In this document: in pieces, positions 19,928 to 31,740 of the stretch | Numbering within the stretch: position 1 is the first letter of the stretch | How the letters are laid out: each line of letters begins with the position of its first letter | Assembly (NCBI GenBank): GCA_043228905.1 | Contig: JBHGNT010000004.1 | Location: forward strand, 682,001 to 746,000 | DNA from: Azolla caroliniana | Lineage: Eukaryota; Plantae; Polypodiophyta | Length of the DNA: 64,000 bases | Reading direction: 5' to 3' | The notes under the pieces: generated by a model | What the model was told of the DNA's origin: nothing | Databases searched by the model: none | Seen by the model: only the letters and a program-made list of their open reading frames with translations | Translations under genes and position numbers: made by a program

Positions 19928-22349
19928 TGTCATGAAGATTTCCGGCTACGGTGAGAAAATCGGGAGGGACGAATAAAATGGGGATGTACAACATTGGACA
20001 TGCACTTATAAATTTGTGTAATAAGAATAAGTAAACAAAATGTAATGGGAAGGGTAATAATCTAAGGTGCTAAAGGTGCACCAACGAAGTTCGTAGAGGC
20101 ATAAATGTGATGTGCACTTTGTAGAGTAGAATGAGTAGTGAGCTTGTGTAAAAAGTAAGAGAGAGGAGAGGTAAAAAGTAGAGGGGAAACAAGCTAAGAA
20201 TTTATAGAGATAGAATTATATATTAATTGGTCCTTATTGTTTTGCTAGCATCATGTGCATAGTTGCTCCCTTGTAGTATTTACACTTGGCACATGCATGC
20301 ATACCTACATGCTCTATTGTAGATTCACATGCGTGCAACAAGTATGCATGCCATGTAGTATAAATAGAGGAGTTCACCTTAAAGGAATTCAAGGTGAACA
20401 ACACCAGTTATGGAGTCTTTCCGTTAATACTAATCCATTTGTCTATCTTCTTTCTTGTCTCTTGAGCTTATAATCTATCTGTGACAATTTGTTCACCTTC
20501 CCATCCTCATAGCTCTCCCTCTCATAAGCCATAACTATGTCCGACTCAACTAGTGAGTTAGGCCAAATAATGGTAGCCTTACGACAACTCCAGCTTGAAA
20601 ATGAAGCTCTTCGAAATTCTTTACAAGAACTTCAAGTCGGTGCCTCCCTATCCTCACAACCCTCGAAGTCTAGTCTCCCACAACAACCTAGCCTAGAGCC
20701 TGATCTTCTACCAACATCTAGCCTAGCTTCGTTGCATTTTCTTGAGCCTAAGGTTAGCCTCCTAGAAAAATTTGATGGAACGAGGTCGCGTTTCCAAGGG
20801 TTCATCAACCAAGTTCAACTTATCATTCGGCTACAACCTCAACGTTATGGAGATGGTCTTCGACAAGTCGGCCTTGTGGGCACCCTTCTCTCTAGTCCGA
20901 CCCAAGCTTGGTTTGCACCATTGGTAGAAACCTCTTCATCTCTATTGGAGGACTTTCTCGCCTTCCTCGCCGAGTTAGAGGCCACAATTGGAGAGACGGA
21001 CCAACGACGTACAACTCTTAACAAGATTTATGCACTTGAACAAGGTTCACGTGCAGCTTCGGTCTATGCTTCAGAATTTCGACAATTAGCATGCGACGTC
21101 AATTGGGATGATCAAGCTTTAGTTGATCACTTTCGGCACGGACTTCGAAGCAATGTCAAGAATCTTCTCTTAAACTTTCCAGAGCCCACCTCGTTATCCC
21201 AAGCGATTTCACAAGCAGTCTATTGTGGCAATCGTCTTTTCGAATTTCGCCAAGAACAGCGCCGAACTTGGGTTCCACCTCATTCACTTCCACAACACGC
21301 CTCGGTCATACAACCCCAACCATCCCCCCCACCGACTGCGTCACACTCCCCTACTTTGGCAGATGCTCCTGTCCCCATGGAAATTGATCAAGCCCGATTT
21401 CGGCCATTGATTGATGCCGAACGACAATTTTGGCGGGCTAATGGCTTGTGCATGTATTGTGGCGCCTCTGGTCATGTCGTTCACCATTGTCCTAGGAGTA
21501 ATCGCTTACAATTCCATCGAGCTAACGGACCCCAACATCTGGAAAACGACATCGTTCGGTTGCAGTAGGAGCCATGCAACTGGACATCTCCCCTCGCCCA
21601 CATTCTCTTGGTTCCATTGCCAGACCATCAGGCAATTTCACATTGGAGGTATGGCTTCCATTTAACTCTAGTTCCATTCAGTCTGTTGCTTTACTTGATT
21701 CTAGGGCATCTTCTTGCTTCATCGACATCGCGTTTGCCCAAGCACATGGTGTACCTGTCGTTGGCCTCTCAGAACCCATTCCCGTTGAAGCCATCGACGA
21801 GTGCTTCCTCTCGAATTACTCAACCTACAATCCCATTAGGGCTTTGTGTGGGCTCACACCAGGAGGAGCTCGCCTTTTACCTCATCGCATCTCCTCGACA
21901 TCCGATCGTCTTAGGACTAACGTGGTTGGAGGCGCACAATCCAATAGTGGATTGGTGCAACTGCTCGATCACATTTAGCAAGCCAGGATGCTCATGCAAA
22001 AGTATGAAGGTAAATTCAGTTTCCCATCCTTCGGAGAAGGTTGATTCCGATTTGACTACCCCATCATCGGTCCAGGATGGGTTTGTTTGTGGCGCCATTT
22101 CTAACATACTCCATGATATTCTTGACAAATACCAACACTTCGACAGTTTTTCAAGGCGACATACCTACATGCTCTATTGTAGATTCACATGCGTGCAACA
22201 AGTATGCATGCCATGTAGTATAAATAGAGGAGTTCACCTTGAAGGAATTCAAGGTGAACAACACCAGTTATGGAGTCTTTCCGTTAATACTACTCATCCA
22301 TTTGTCTATCTTCTTTCTTGTCTCTTGAGCTTATGATCTATCCATGACA
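19928..22349 (+). mobile_element. Internally deleted Ty3/gypsy element of Tf1/sushi (Tcn1-like chromovirus) type: gag, protease, partial LTRs
   Basis: Direct repeat 20300-20486 / 22160-22349 ends ...TGACA. Gag 20537-21568 and a frameshifted protease (LLDSRASSCFID; IVLGLTWLEAHNP.VDW) are present. RT and integrase are missing. Confidence 0.85.
20537..21568 (+). CDS. Retrotransposon Gag (PEG10/sushi-like) with CCHC zinc knuckle
   Basis: 343-aa ORF with EKFDG, QGSRAASVYASEF, PMEID and CMYCGASGHVVHHCP. Confidence 0.9.
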   Translation: MSDSTSELGQIMVALRQLQLENEALRNSLQELQVGASLSSQPSKSSLPQQPSLEPDLLPTSSLASLHFLEPKVSLLEKFDGTRSRFQGFINQVQLIIRLQPQRYGDGLRQVGLVGTLLSSPTQAWFAPLVETSSSLLEDFLAFLAELEATIGETDQRRTTLNKIYALEQGSRAASVYASEFRQLACDVNWDDQALVDHFRHGLRSNVKNLLLNFPEPTSLSQAISQAVYCGNRLFEFRQEQRRTWVPPHSLPQHASVIQPQPSPPPTASHSPTLADAPVPMEIDQARFRPLIDAERQFWRANGLCMYCGASGHVVHHCPRSNRLQFHRANGPQHLENDIVRLQ

Positions 22350-22974
22350 ACTTTTAGCAGATGCTGTTACTATGTCACGTTCATCGACGACTTCTCCAGA
22401 AATACCTAGATTTATCCGATGAAGCAAAAGAGTGAAGCGTTTGGCCACTTCCAGAAGTTCAAAGCCGAAGTGGAAAAAGCCACGAGCTGGCATGTACGCT
22501 GCCTTCGATCAGATGGAGGCAAAGAATATTTTTCAAATGAGTTCTTTGCGTATCTCCGCAAGGAAGGAGTCCGACGAGAGTTCTTGTGTCGACATGCACC
22601 TCAGTAAAACGGCGTTGCTGAGCGTAACAACCGCCACATAGTAGAAGTCGCACGAGAAGAATTTACCGAAATCGTATTGGGCAGAAGCGGCGAACACGGC
22701 CGTATACCTCATGAATAGGTGCACAACCCAAAGAGTACACGACACAACTCCTCATGAGAAGTTCTTTGGAAAGAAGCCAGACTTATTGCATGCCCGCATT
22801 TTCGGTTCTATCGCCTACGTACATATTCCCGCAAATACGCGGCAAAAGCTTGACCCAAAGTTGGAGAAATGTATCCTCGTAGGATACTCAGTTGGAGAAA
22901 TGTATCCTCGTAGGATGCTCAGTTGAACAAATGGGGTACAAATGCTACAACCCATCTACCCGTAAGGTTCGAAC

Positions 22975-23097
22975 CATACGTCCCATTCGTGTCATACTCA
23001 AATGCCAATATTCGTATCATACTCATATGTGAAAAGGCTTCGAGTATGATTGAAATCCATACGCGGTACATAGATATATACATATGGTGTACATATA

Positions 23098-23163
<66 letters not shown>

Positions 23164-23552
23164 CCAAAAAAGAGAGAGAAAGAGAGAGTGTGTGTGGTCT
23201 AGAGAGTGAAGCCCTGTTTTGCATGTGTGAGGAGACAGTGGTTTGAGTGTATGCCTAGACTCTAGAGTAAGAGAGAGGAGCTATGGGGTTTGCCTGTGTG
23301 AGGGAATGTGAATATTAGATATCTAGATTTTGTAGAGAGAGAAGATCCGTCAGTTCTCCTGTGAGAGAGAGAGGGTGTGTGTGTGTGTCAAACGTCACTT
23401 CTATTTGCAAAGAACGATGAATATCAGAAATAAAAAACCCCTAAAAAAAAAAGAAAAAAAAAGCCAAACGAATATCGCGTATCATACGCGTACGTTTGCA
23501 AACGTTCACGTACATCCAGTAAACTGGACATACGCGAATATTAGGAACTATG
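22975..23552. mobile_element. hAT-type non-autonomous element inserted in the copia integrase
   Basis: 8-bp TSD GTTCGAAC/GTTTGAAC and imperfect termini CATA...TATG. Removing the insert restores KVRTSRDVVFDE. Confidence 0.75.
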
Positions 23553-25283
23553 GTTTGAACAAGTCGAGACGTAGTCTTTGACGAATACGCATCCTGGTAC
23601 ACATTAGAGAACACTTCGACTCCAACCCCGCTCGACGCGGATGACACTGAAATAGAAATAGAAGCTGAGGATCGACTCACACAGATGTTAGAAGACAACC
23701 CAATTATGACACGGCTGAGTGGGCCATCAGAACCGCCGAGTGATGAAAGCACATCTCGGCCGAGTCCGAAGCTGGACAAAGGGAAGGCGAAAATGCGGGA
23801 ATATGAAAATCAGGAAGAGACTAAGATGCTTCCCTCTCTTGACAGTGAATTCGAAGATCTCGACATCCGTGTAGATGGAGCGAAGAAATCCATGCTCCCC
23901 ACGGATCAAGAGCTACGTCGATCCACATGTGAAACGAACCCTGTAAACCGCTACGGCGACGATGAGTACATGGCGTATCACTATGCTTTAATGATGAAAG
24001 TAGCGTCAGTACCGGAACCGGAAACGCCTTCCGAAGCTGCAAAGGATCCACAATGGGTCAACGCGATGAATGAGGAGATGGAAGTGTTATGCAAAAACGA
24101 GACATGGGATCTCATTCCTCACCCCCTGAACAAGAAACCAATTGGTTGTAGGTGGATTTACAAGGTGAAGCACAATCTTGATGGTTTCATAAATCGCTTC
24201 AAAGCACATCTTGTTGCAAAAGGCTACGCACAGACACATGACGTAGACTACGAAGAAACCTTTGCCTCGGTGGCAAAGATGACGACAGTACGGACCGTAA
24301 TCGTGCTAGCAGCAGCAAAAGGGTGGCACCTCCATCAGATGGACGTGAAAAACGCTTTCCTCTAAGGGGAGCTAGAAGAAGAGGTGTATATGACACAACC
24401 ACCTGGATTCGAATCGCGTAATCACCTGCACGTCGTATGCCGACTCAAGAAGCCACTCTATGGCCTCAAACAAGCACCGCGTGCTTGGCACTCGAAGATC
24501 ACACAGTATCTTCACCAAGTCAGATTTCGGATGTCAAAATCCGATACATCTCTGTGCATCCGAAATGAGTCGGATAGCCCGATAGTCATCATTCTATACG
24601 TTGTCGAGGTATTCCTCGCGGATGCGTGGAACGAGGCGGGACCTCGGGGGTCTTGTACCGAAGAGCAAGAGAGAAAGGAGAAGGGAAGAGACCCACTAGG
24701 TGCGACCGTAGATTCACAGGGACACGGCCCTTCGACACAAAGACGCGAGTGGGACAGCGACACACAGAGACACGAATGTATGTATCTATTAACAAAGACA
24801 AACAACAAGACACGAAGTCCGTTACAACCGAACAGGCTGGTGAACAGATGCCGACGCCTGTTCGTAAACGCACAGAAAGAAAGGAGTAGGATGGAGGTGC
24901 TGCCGGAAGCACTCGGGCATTCCTCAGAGCAGCGCGAGCCTCCCGAAACCTGCACCGAAAGGAACTACAGAGTATGGAAGAGAGAGAAGTCTTCGGCCCG
25001 CAATCCGACAGCACTTCGTCCTCTCTGATTTCGCCATCCCATCCCCCTTCTCGTCTCCCTCCTTTTATAGGCAAGGAAGGAGCCGTTTCCCCTTTACTTC
25101 CTACCCACTAAATCTACCTGCCTAGGATCTTCTATGTACAACATTCGAGAAGAGCTGGTTCCTACGCTCCTGCGCACCGATTCCGCTTGTGGACGGTTTT
25201 CTTCACGACATCCGCACCCACCTAACCGCGCATCCACCGGCATGCGCCAAATTGAGTTGGGACGGAGAAAACCGGTCCAGCCT

Positions 25284-28200
25284 TCATTCCCCGCCCGTCG
25301 GTTCTTCCTCGGTTTCGGATCGTTCGTCGTCGCGGTCCAGGTCAACCGGATCCGGCTCGTCGTCGTGACGCTTCTTGAACGCTTTGATCCACTTCCCCGC
25401 TACCGGTATCGCCATTTTCGTACCGTCGAGTTCCGCCAGATGGTACGTCCCGTTGTCGTTGGTGCTTTGTACCACGTAAGGCCCGAACCACCTTCTTGCG
25501 AATTTCTTTGTCGCTCGGTGCTGGTTGTCAAGGCTGCTGTCATAGACTAGCACCCAATCGCCTTCCTCAATCTTCTTCGGTCGGAGCCAGTGCGTTCGGT
25601 CGAACCTGGCTTTGTTCCTCGTCCTTGCCACCCGAAGCTTTTCCGCTGCCTGCTCCACGTCCTCCGGTCTTCGCTCGAGCTGCCGTATGCGCGCCGTCAA
25701 CAGTTCCTCCCAGCTCATCTCGTCTCTCCAATCCACGGTTGCCCATGAGGAGATCGTTCGTTCCATCGGCATGATCGGCTTTTGCCCAAACATGAGCTCT
25801 GCCGGCATGAATCCGGTTACCGAACTGTGCGTAGTTCGGTCCGCGCACAACGTGTAAGGCAACAGCTGCGGCCAGTTCCCGACTTGACCTCCGCATGCCC
25901 GAACTAACGCCTTGACGATCGGTCCGTGTCCGCGCTCCACCTTCCCATTCGCCTCCGGATTGTATGCAGTGGTGAGCGAGAGCTTGACTCCTAGCCGGTC
26001 GAACAACTCCTCGGCCTCTTCGGCGTCCAACTCCCCGCGATCAGCCACGATCTTCCCGACGCACCCGTACCGGCATATCACGTCCTCAATCAGGAACCAA
26101 CATACGGCTGCGGTCGTTTTGTTCTGAAGGGCTCGGCCTTCTACCTGGTTCGTCAGATCTTCCCGAGCCAGGACTAGATACCGCATCTGTCCTACTCCCA
26201 TCGGCATCGTCACCAGATCTACCATCCATTTGAAGTGGATGGTCGGAGGGTACGTAGGGTGAAGCTCGTCCCGATGTCGGACTACGGAGTGCATCTGGCA
26301 GCTCTCGCAAGTTGTCACGAACCGATGCACGTCCCGGTACAGTCCCGACATTCCACGGTGACCAGCCCAAGGGCTGTCGTGGTAGGCCGTCAGCAGCTCC
26401 TCCTGTTCTTCCTTCATCGCCACCACCTGGAGCGGGACGCCGTTCCTCTTCTTCGGGTGCTTCCATAAGTATCCGTCCTGGAGAAAGAATCGGTATGCTT
26501 TCTTCCGGATCCGGTTGGCCTCGTCCCTCGTCCATGACACATCTGGCATCATTCTCCTCAAAAACCCACCGATCTGTAGCCACTCGCCGTCGTACTTGCT
26601 CTCGTCGAAGTCGTTAAGTGCCGGAGTGCTCGTCCCATCGGTCGTCACGTACGCCGCCTCGAAGAAGTCCACGCCGACTTCTTCGTCCTCTGAAACCATG
26701 CCGTCCTCGTCATCAAACCTCGCCCTCGAAAGCATGTCGGCCATGGCGTTGTCCTTTCCAGAAATGTGCCGTATTTCCGAATCCAGGGACTTGATGTACG
26801 CTATCCACCTGAGCATCGCCAGGTCCGGTGTCGCGCATCCGGAAACCATGCCGAGAATTGGCAGGCAATCCGTCTCGATAATCACTTCCGTCCCGATCAG
26901 GTAGTCTTTGTCGGCCTTTACTGCCGAAACGATACCCCAGAGTTTGCGTTTAACCTGGGCGTACCCTCGCTGTCGCTCACTGAGGACCTTCGCGCTGAAT
27001 CGGATCGGGAACCGAATGCCGTCCCTGTCTTCTTGGTTGACAACCCATCCGACCCCGGTCGGACTCGTATCCACCGTTATGTATACCGGGGTACCCTTCT
27101 CGTAGACAGCCTTCCAGAGCGCCGGTGCTGCCGCAAGAGCTTCCTTCAGCTTCCGGACTGACTCCGTGTGCTCGTCTCGCCACTTGAATTTTCGCCCTTT
27201 CTTCAGCAACCCGTATAGCGGCTCCGCAACGTGGGCGTAATGCGGGATCCATATGTGGTAGAATGTGCATGCCCCCAGGAACCTCCGAACTTCCGTAACC
27301 GAGCTACAGTCGGTCTTCATCGCGGAGATGGCTTCTACCTTTGCCGGAGACGGCTTCCGGCCATATGGTCCACATAGGTGTCCGACCACCAAAATTTCTG
27401 ATTGCCCGAAGGCCGATTTCTCCCCCGAGAAGGTGAGCCTCGCATCCTCTAGCCTTTGTAGCACCTTCTCGCAGTCGTCGATGTGTGTTGCCACGAATCG
27501 CCGGCATTCGTCCAGCCCGACTGTCTCGTCCTTCTCTTCCACCGGGCACCCCTTGATCGGGATGTCGTCTAGAAACGGCATGGTGATGTCCGGGATTCAA
27601 TCCCTCAGTACCTTGTTCATTGCATTCACCATGTGGGCCACCGAGTTGGTCCCTCCTTGTGGCAGGGTACACATTCGCACTAGGCCGAGGGGAGTCCGCA
27701 TCGTCGTAATGTCTCTGCTCTCCACGGCTAGCTGGAACTGGTCGTACCCCGAGTATAGATCACCGACCGAGTAAATCGACCTTCCGGCGAAGGTCTCCTC
27801 GAACTCGTCTATGGTCGGTCCGATTCCTGCGTTCTGAATGGTCACTCTGTTGACCGGCTGCAGGTCCTGAATGAAGCGCAATGTTCCGTTTTTCTTTGGT
27901 ACGGTAAACCATCGGTTCGAGTATGGGGCACTCGACGGTTCGAGAATGCCCATATCTACTTTCTGCCTCAATAGCTCCATCAACTTCGGGATGTGAGCTC
28001 TCGGTACCGGAATCGGCTTGAGATTCCACGGCACATGCGGTACCGTGAATATCACCATCGGCTCCACGATCGTCGGGTCTACGCACCCGATCTCTTCCGG
28101 TGAGAATGCGAAGGCCTTTCCGTGCCTCCTGAGCATTCTCCGAAACCGGTCTTCCTCCGCCGGCAGTAGGAACCCGCCCCCACCGATCTTGAGCTCCCGG

Positions 28201-28742
28201 AGCGTCCCGTCGGTGAAGGTATGTCCTATGCAGTCCGGATCTCGTAAACTGGGGTCCGACGCAACCCCTCTGATCCGGGACTCACTGCCCTCCGGTAAGG
28301 GTGCCGCGACTGGCCTTACCTTCCGGTCCACAGTCTTGTACTTCGTGCTAACTCGGGCCATCCGATCCGACTCGAGCCCCTGACTGAAGTTCGCGATGAC
28401 TTCGTACATCTCTTCGGAACATACCGGTATCGTCCGATCTTCGTTAAGGTCTTCTCCGGCTACCTTCCTCAGCATCCCCAGGGTATCGTCGAAGGAGACC
28501 GCCTCCACGGCTCCGCTGATTTCCTCGTCCGGGCCGAGAACTCCGCGCGATCGAAGTTGCACTTCCGCCGTTGCCTTTTCTCGGCCAACGATGCCGACTA
28601 GCATACACCCTCCGTTGTTGGAGAACCAAAATTTCCTACCTATCGTACAGGGTTTCTTCGGTTTCTGTTCTATCGTACAGCTGTGGGATCTTTCCCGAGT
28701 GTCTGGACTGTCTCGGCCCCACGCCTTGGCAGCCCTCTCTAA
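25284..28742 (-). pseudogene. Gypsy Pol (RT-RNase H-integrase) with one in-frame stop (~27597)
   Basis: Motifs LRFIQDLQPVN, DLYSGYDQF, LPQGGTNS, MPFLDDIPIKG, ITVDTSPTG, IETDCLP, WMVDLV, ADRGEL, NGKVERGH and WFGPY. Confidence 0.9.
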
Positions 28743-29433
28743 AAACCCTCCCGGTTCTCACCACCGAGGGATTCGCGGTTTCCCTCGTGGTTCGGTCGCA
28801 CCGTCAGAAATTGGACCGAATGGCGCCCGTCCTGGCTTTTGACCCTCGCGTAGGCCGAACCGTTGTCTAGCACCTTGGTCTCCATTCGTGCCGCTGTGAT
28901 GTATGGTTCCCCTAAAATGACCGGGTGCGAGGACGTCTCCTGTACGAAGAAGTGTTGGTCAATCTCGACGTCGCCGATCTTGACTCGCACATTCGAGCAG
29001 GCCCCGTGCAGTTCCTCGGTGGCGCGCGTCGCCGCCCGTATCTTCCACCCGTGCTTGGTGTTGATCAGCCACTTTCCCTTCTTATAGAAGTCCATGGACA
29101 TCAGGTTTATTTCTGAACCGTGGTCCACCAATGCCACCACCGGTTCCTGAACATCTCCGATCTTCACCGGGGTCTCCGTGGTCGCTCGGGCCCAATGCGG
29201 CTTTGACTAGTGGCCCTCCGCCCACTCATCTTCCAGCGCCATGTCATCGATGTGCGTCGTCTGCACCTCCACCGATCTTTCCGGTTCCGTCTCCGTCGAC
29301 AGCCTCTTCCGTTTCACCAGGTCCACAATGGAGTCGTGGAACTCCTTCTTGGCGATCCCTAGCATCTCCCGCAATGACAGCTCCACTTTGCTGTCGAGGA
29401 TCCGTTCTTCTAGGACCTTTCGTAGGTCCGTAG

Positions 29434-31740
29434 TGTTGAGAAGCAAGCTCAACATGGTATGCGATGCTTATTGGGAAATAAGCTATAGTAGTTATTTAGC
29501 TACTTGTGAACATAAAGGAGAAACAGCTAATTAGCTACTGACAGCTAATTAGCTACTGACAGCTATTTAGCTACAGGCAGCTAATTAGCTGCATACGTAA
29601 GTAACTTATTACTTAGGTAGAAAGTAAGAGAGTAAGAAAATAGATGAAGATATACAGGAAGTAGAACTCTGAGAGAGAGATAGTGAGCATAGAGAGAAAG
29701 AACTCAGAGAGTGAGAGCAAGAGAGAGAAACAAAAAGAGAGCAAGTAGAGCTCCGCGTATAATGAAATAGAAGAAGTTTTTGGCTGCTACAGAGGTAAGT
29801 CTCCTTCCCCCTTCCCTTCTGTGTTTGAGCACTAAACGATCTAGCACACCACGATTCGCCGCGCACATAAGAAGAGCTCGAGTGCCTTCTTCACGTTTTC
29901 TTAACATGGTATCAGAGTGGAGTTGCTCATTAAGAAGAGTACAAAAGTGCATAGATCTGAGAAAGGTATTTCTCTGTTTGCTAATCTGCTACAGAGAGAA
30001 AGTTACTTGTTGAAGTAATCGTAGCAGAAACCCTTGTTTGGAAGAGATAATGGCTGCAGAGAATGCGGGCCAAATAGTTACAAAGAAACTAGATAAAAAC
30101 AATTTCCCGGCGTGGAAATTTAGAATGACAAATTTCCTAATGGGGAAAGGATACTGGGATGACATTGAAGGAGACCTAGAAGAGGCTCCGGAGATCCCAG
30201 AAGAAAATGCCACAGCAGCACAGATTAAAGCATTCAAAGATTGGAATCAAGGGGCAAGGAAGGTAATGCATTGGCTCTCACTTAGCATCTCAGATTCGAT
30301 GCTTGGGCACATACAGGATGCTATGCTCCCAAAAGAAGCTTGGGACAGTTTGGTAAAACTGTTTGCAGTAAACACAAAAGCTAGAAAGCTACAGTTGAAG
30401 ACTGAGCTAAATACCTTAGAAAAAGGTAAGATGTCAATAAATGAGTATGCCTTGAAAATAAAGAGCATATGTGAATCACTTGCTTCTATCAATGTAAAGA
30501 TAGAAGATGATGATAAGGTAGAAATATGCTTGAGAGGCTTGGGACCTCAATACAAAAGCTTTAAAACCTCTATGCTTACAAGGGATAGTATCCCAAGTTT
30601 CTCAGATCTGGTTTCAATGCTTGTAGTAGAAGAAAGGAATCAGATGGATGATGTAAATAAAGGAAATCTTGAGAATGAGGGGCAAGCCCTATATAATAGT
30701 GTTGGAAGAGGTCGAGGAAAAGGCCATGGAAGATTTGGCTCAGCAAGAACCCACAATAATGGTTATCAAGGAAGAGGACAACAAACCATTAGAGGAAGAA
30801 ACAACAACAGAGGCAGGGGGAGCAACCAAGGTAGAGGTAAGCAAACATATGTAAATGATGATGGCTGTTGGTATTGTGGAAAACCAGGCCACACACAGGC
30901 TGAATGTTACAAGAAGCAAAATGATGAGCAAAGAGGAAAGAGACAGCAGAATAACTATGCCCAAACTAGTGAAGATTGTGAAAAAGATGGTGCATTTGTG
31001 GTACAACATGAGATAGCAGCAGTGGCTGAAAGCTCACAGAAATGTAATGAAGAGTTTACATGGTATGTAGACTCGGGGGCATCTAACCATATGACTGGAC
31101 ATGCAAACTGGTTTGAAAGGTTGAGAGAACCAGAGATTCCTGGCTATGTACAGACGGGTGATAATAGTACTCACCAAATAGAACATGTTGGAGATATTCC
31201 ATTGTGGGAAGAAAAAGGAAAGACTAAGTATATGTTGAATGTAATGCATGTTCCAAATCTTGCTAAGAATCTGATTTCTGTTGGACAGATAGTAGAGCAA
31301 GGTATGCAAGTAAAGTTTAAGCAAAGTGGATGCTATATAGAAAAGAATGGGAAGCTCATTGCAAAAGGAAAACGACAAGGAAGAATGTTTATTTTGGATG
31401 TTGACATGCCTAGACAGATTTCAGCTATGTTTGCAAATGGAATGAGTGTAGTCTCAGATGTGGAAATGTGGCATAAAAGGATTGGCCACATAAGTATGCA
31501 AACCCTAAAGAATATGTTGAGAAAAGATGCAGTGGCTGGACTGCCAAAACTGAAAAATTGTGAAATGGGAAAGATATGTGAAGCATGTCAATATGGAAAG
31601 CAAAATAGGTTGCCATTCCCTCATGAAAGACATGTAAGTAAAAATTTGTTGGACTTGGTACATACGGATGTATGGGGACCAACTAAGAATGCATCTATCG
31701 GTGGTTGCAGATTTTATGTAACTTTTATTGATGATTTTTC
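29434..31740 (+). mobile_element. 3'-truncated Ty1/copia (5' LTR, PBS, gag-protease-start of integrase) nested in the gypsy gag
   Basis: LTR 29434-29906 (TGTTGAGAA...TTCTTAACA) and PBS TGGTATCAGAG (tRNA-iMet). The ORF has CWYCGKPGHTQAEC, WYVDSGASNHM, WHKRIGH and VHTDVWGP, and breaks off after FIDDFS. Confidence 0.92.

Noticed and set aside
22861-22922. 31-bp tandem duplication in the copia integrase
   Set aside because: A real but ordinary slippage mutation in a dead element.
23685-25028. RT ORF with a novel C-terminal extension
   Set aside because: Read-through from the copia RT into the inserted gypsy LTR at 24602.
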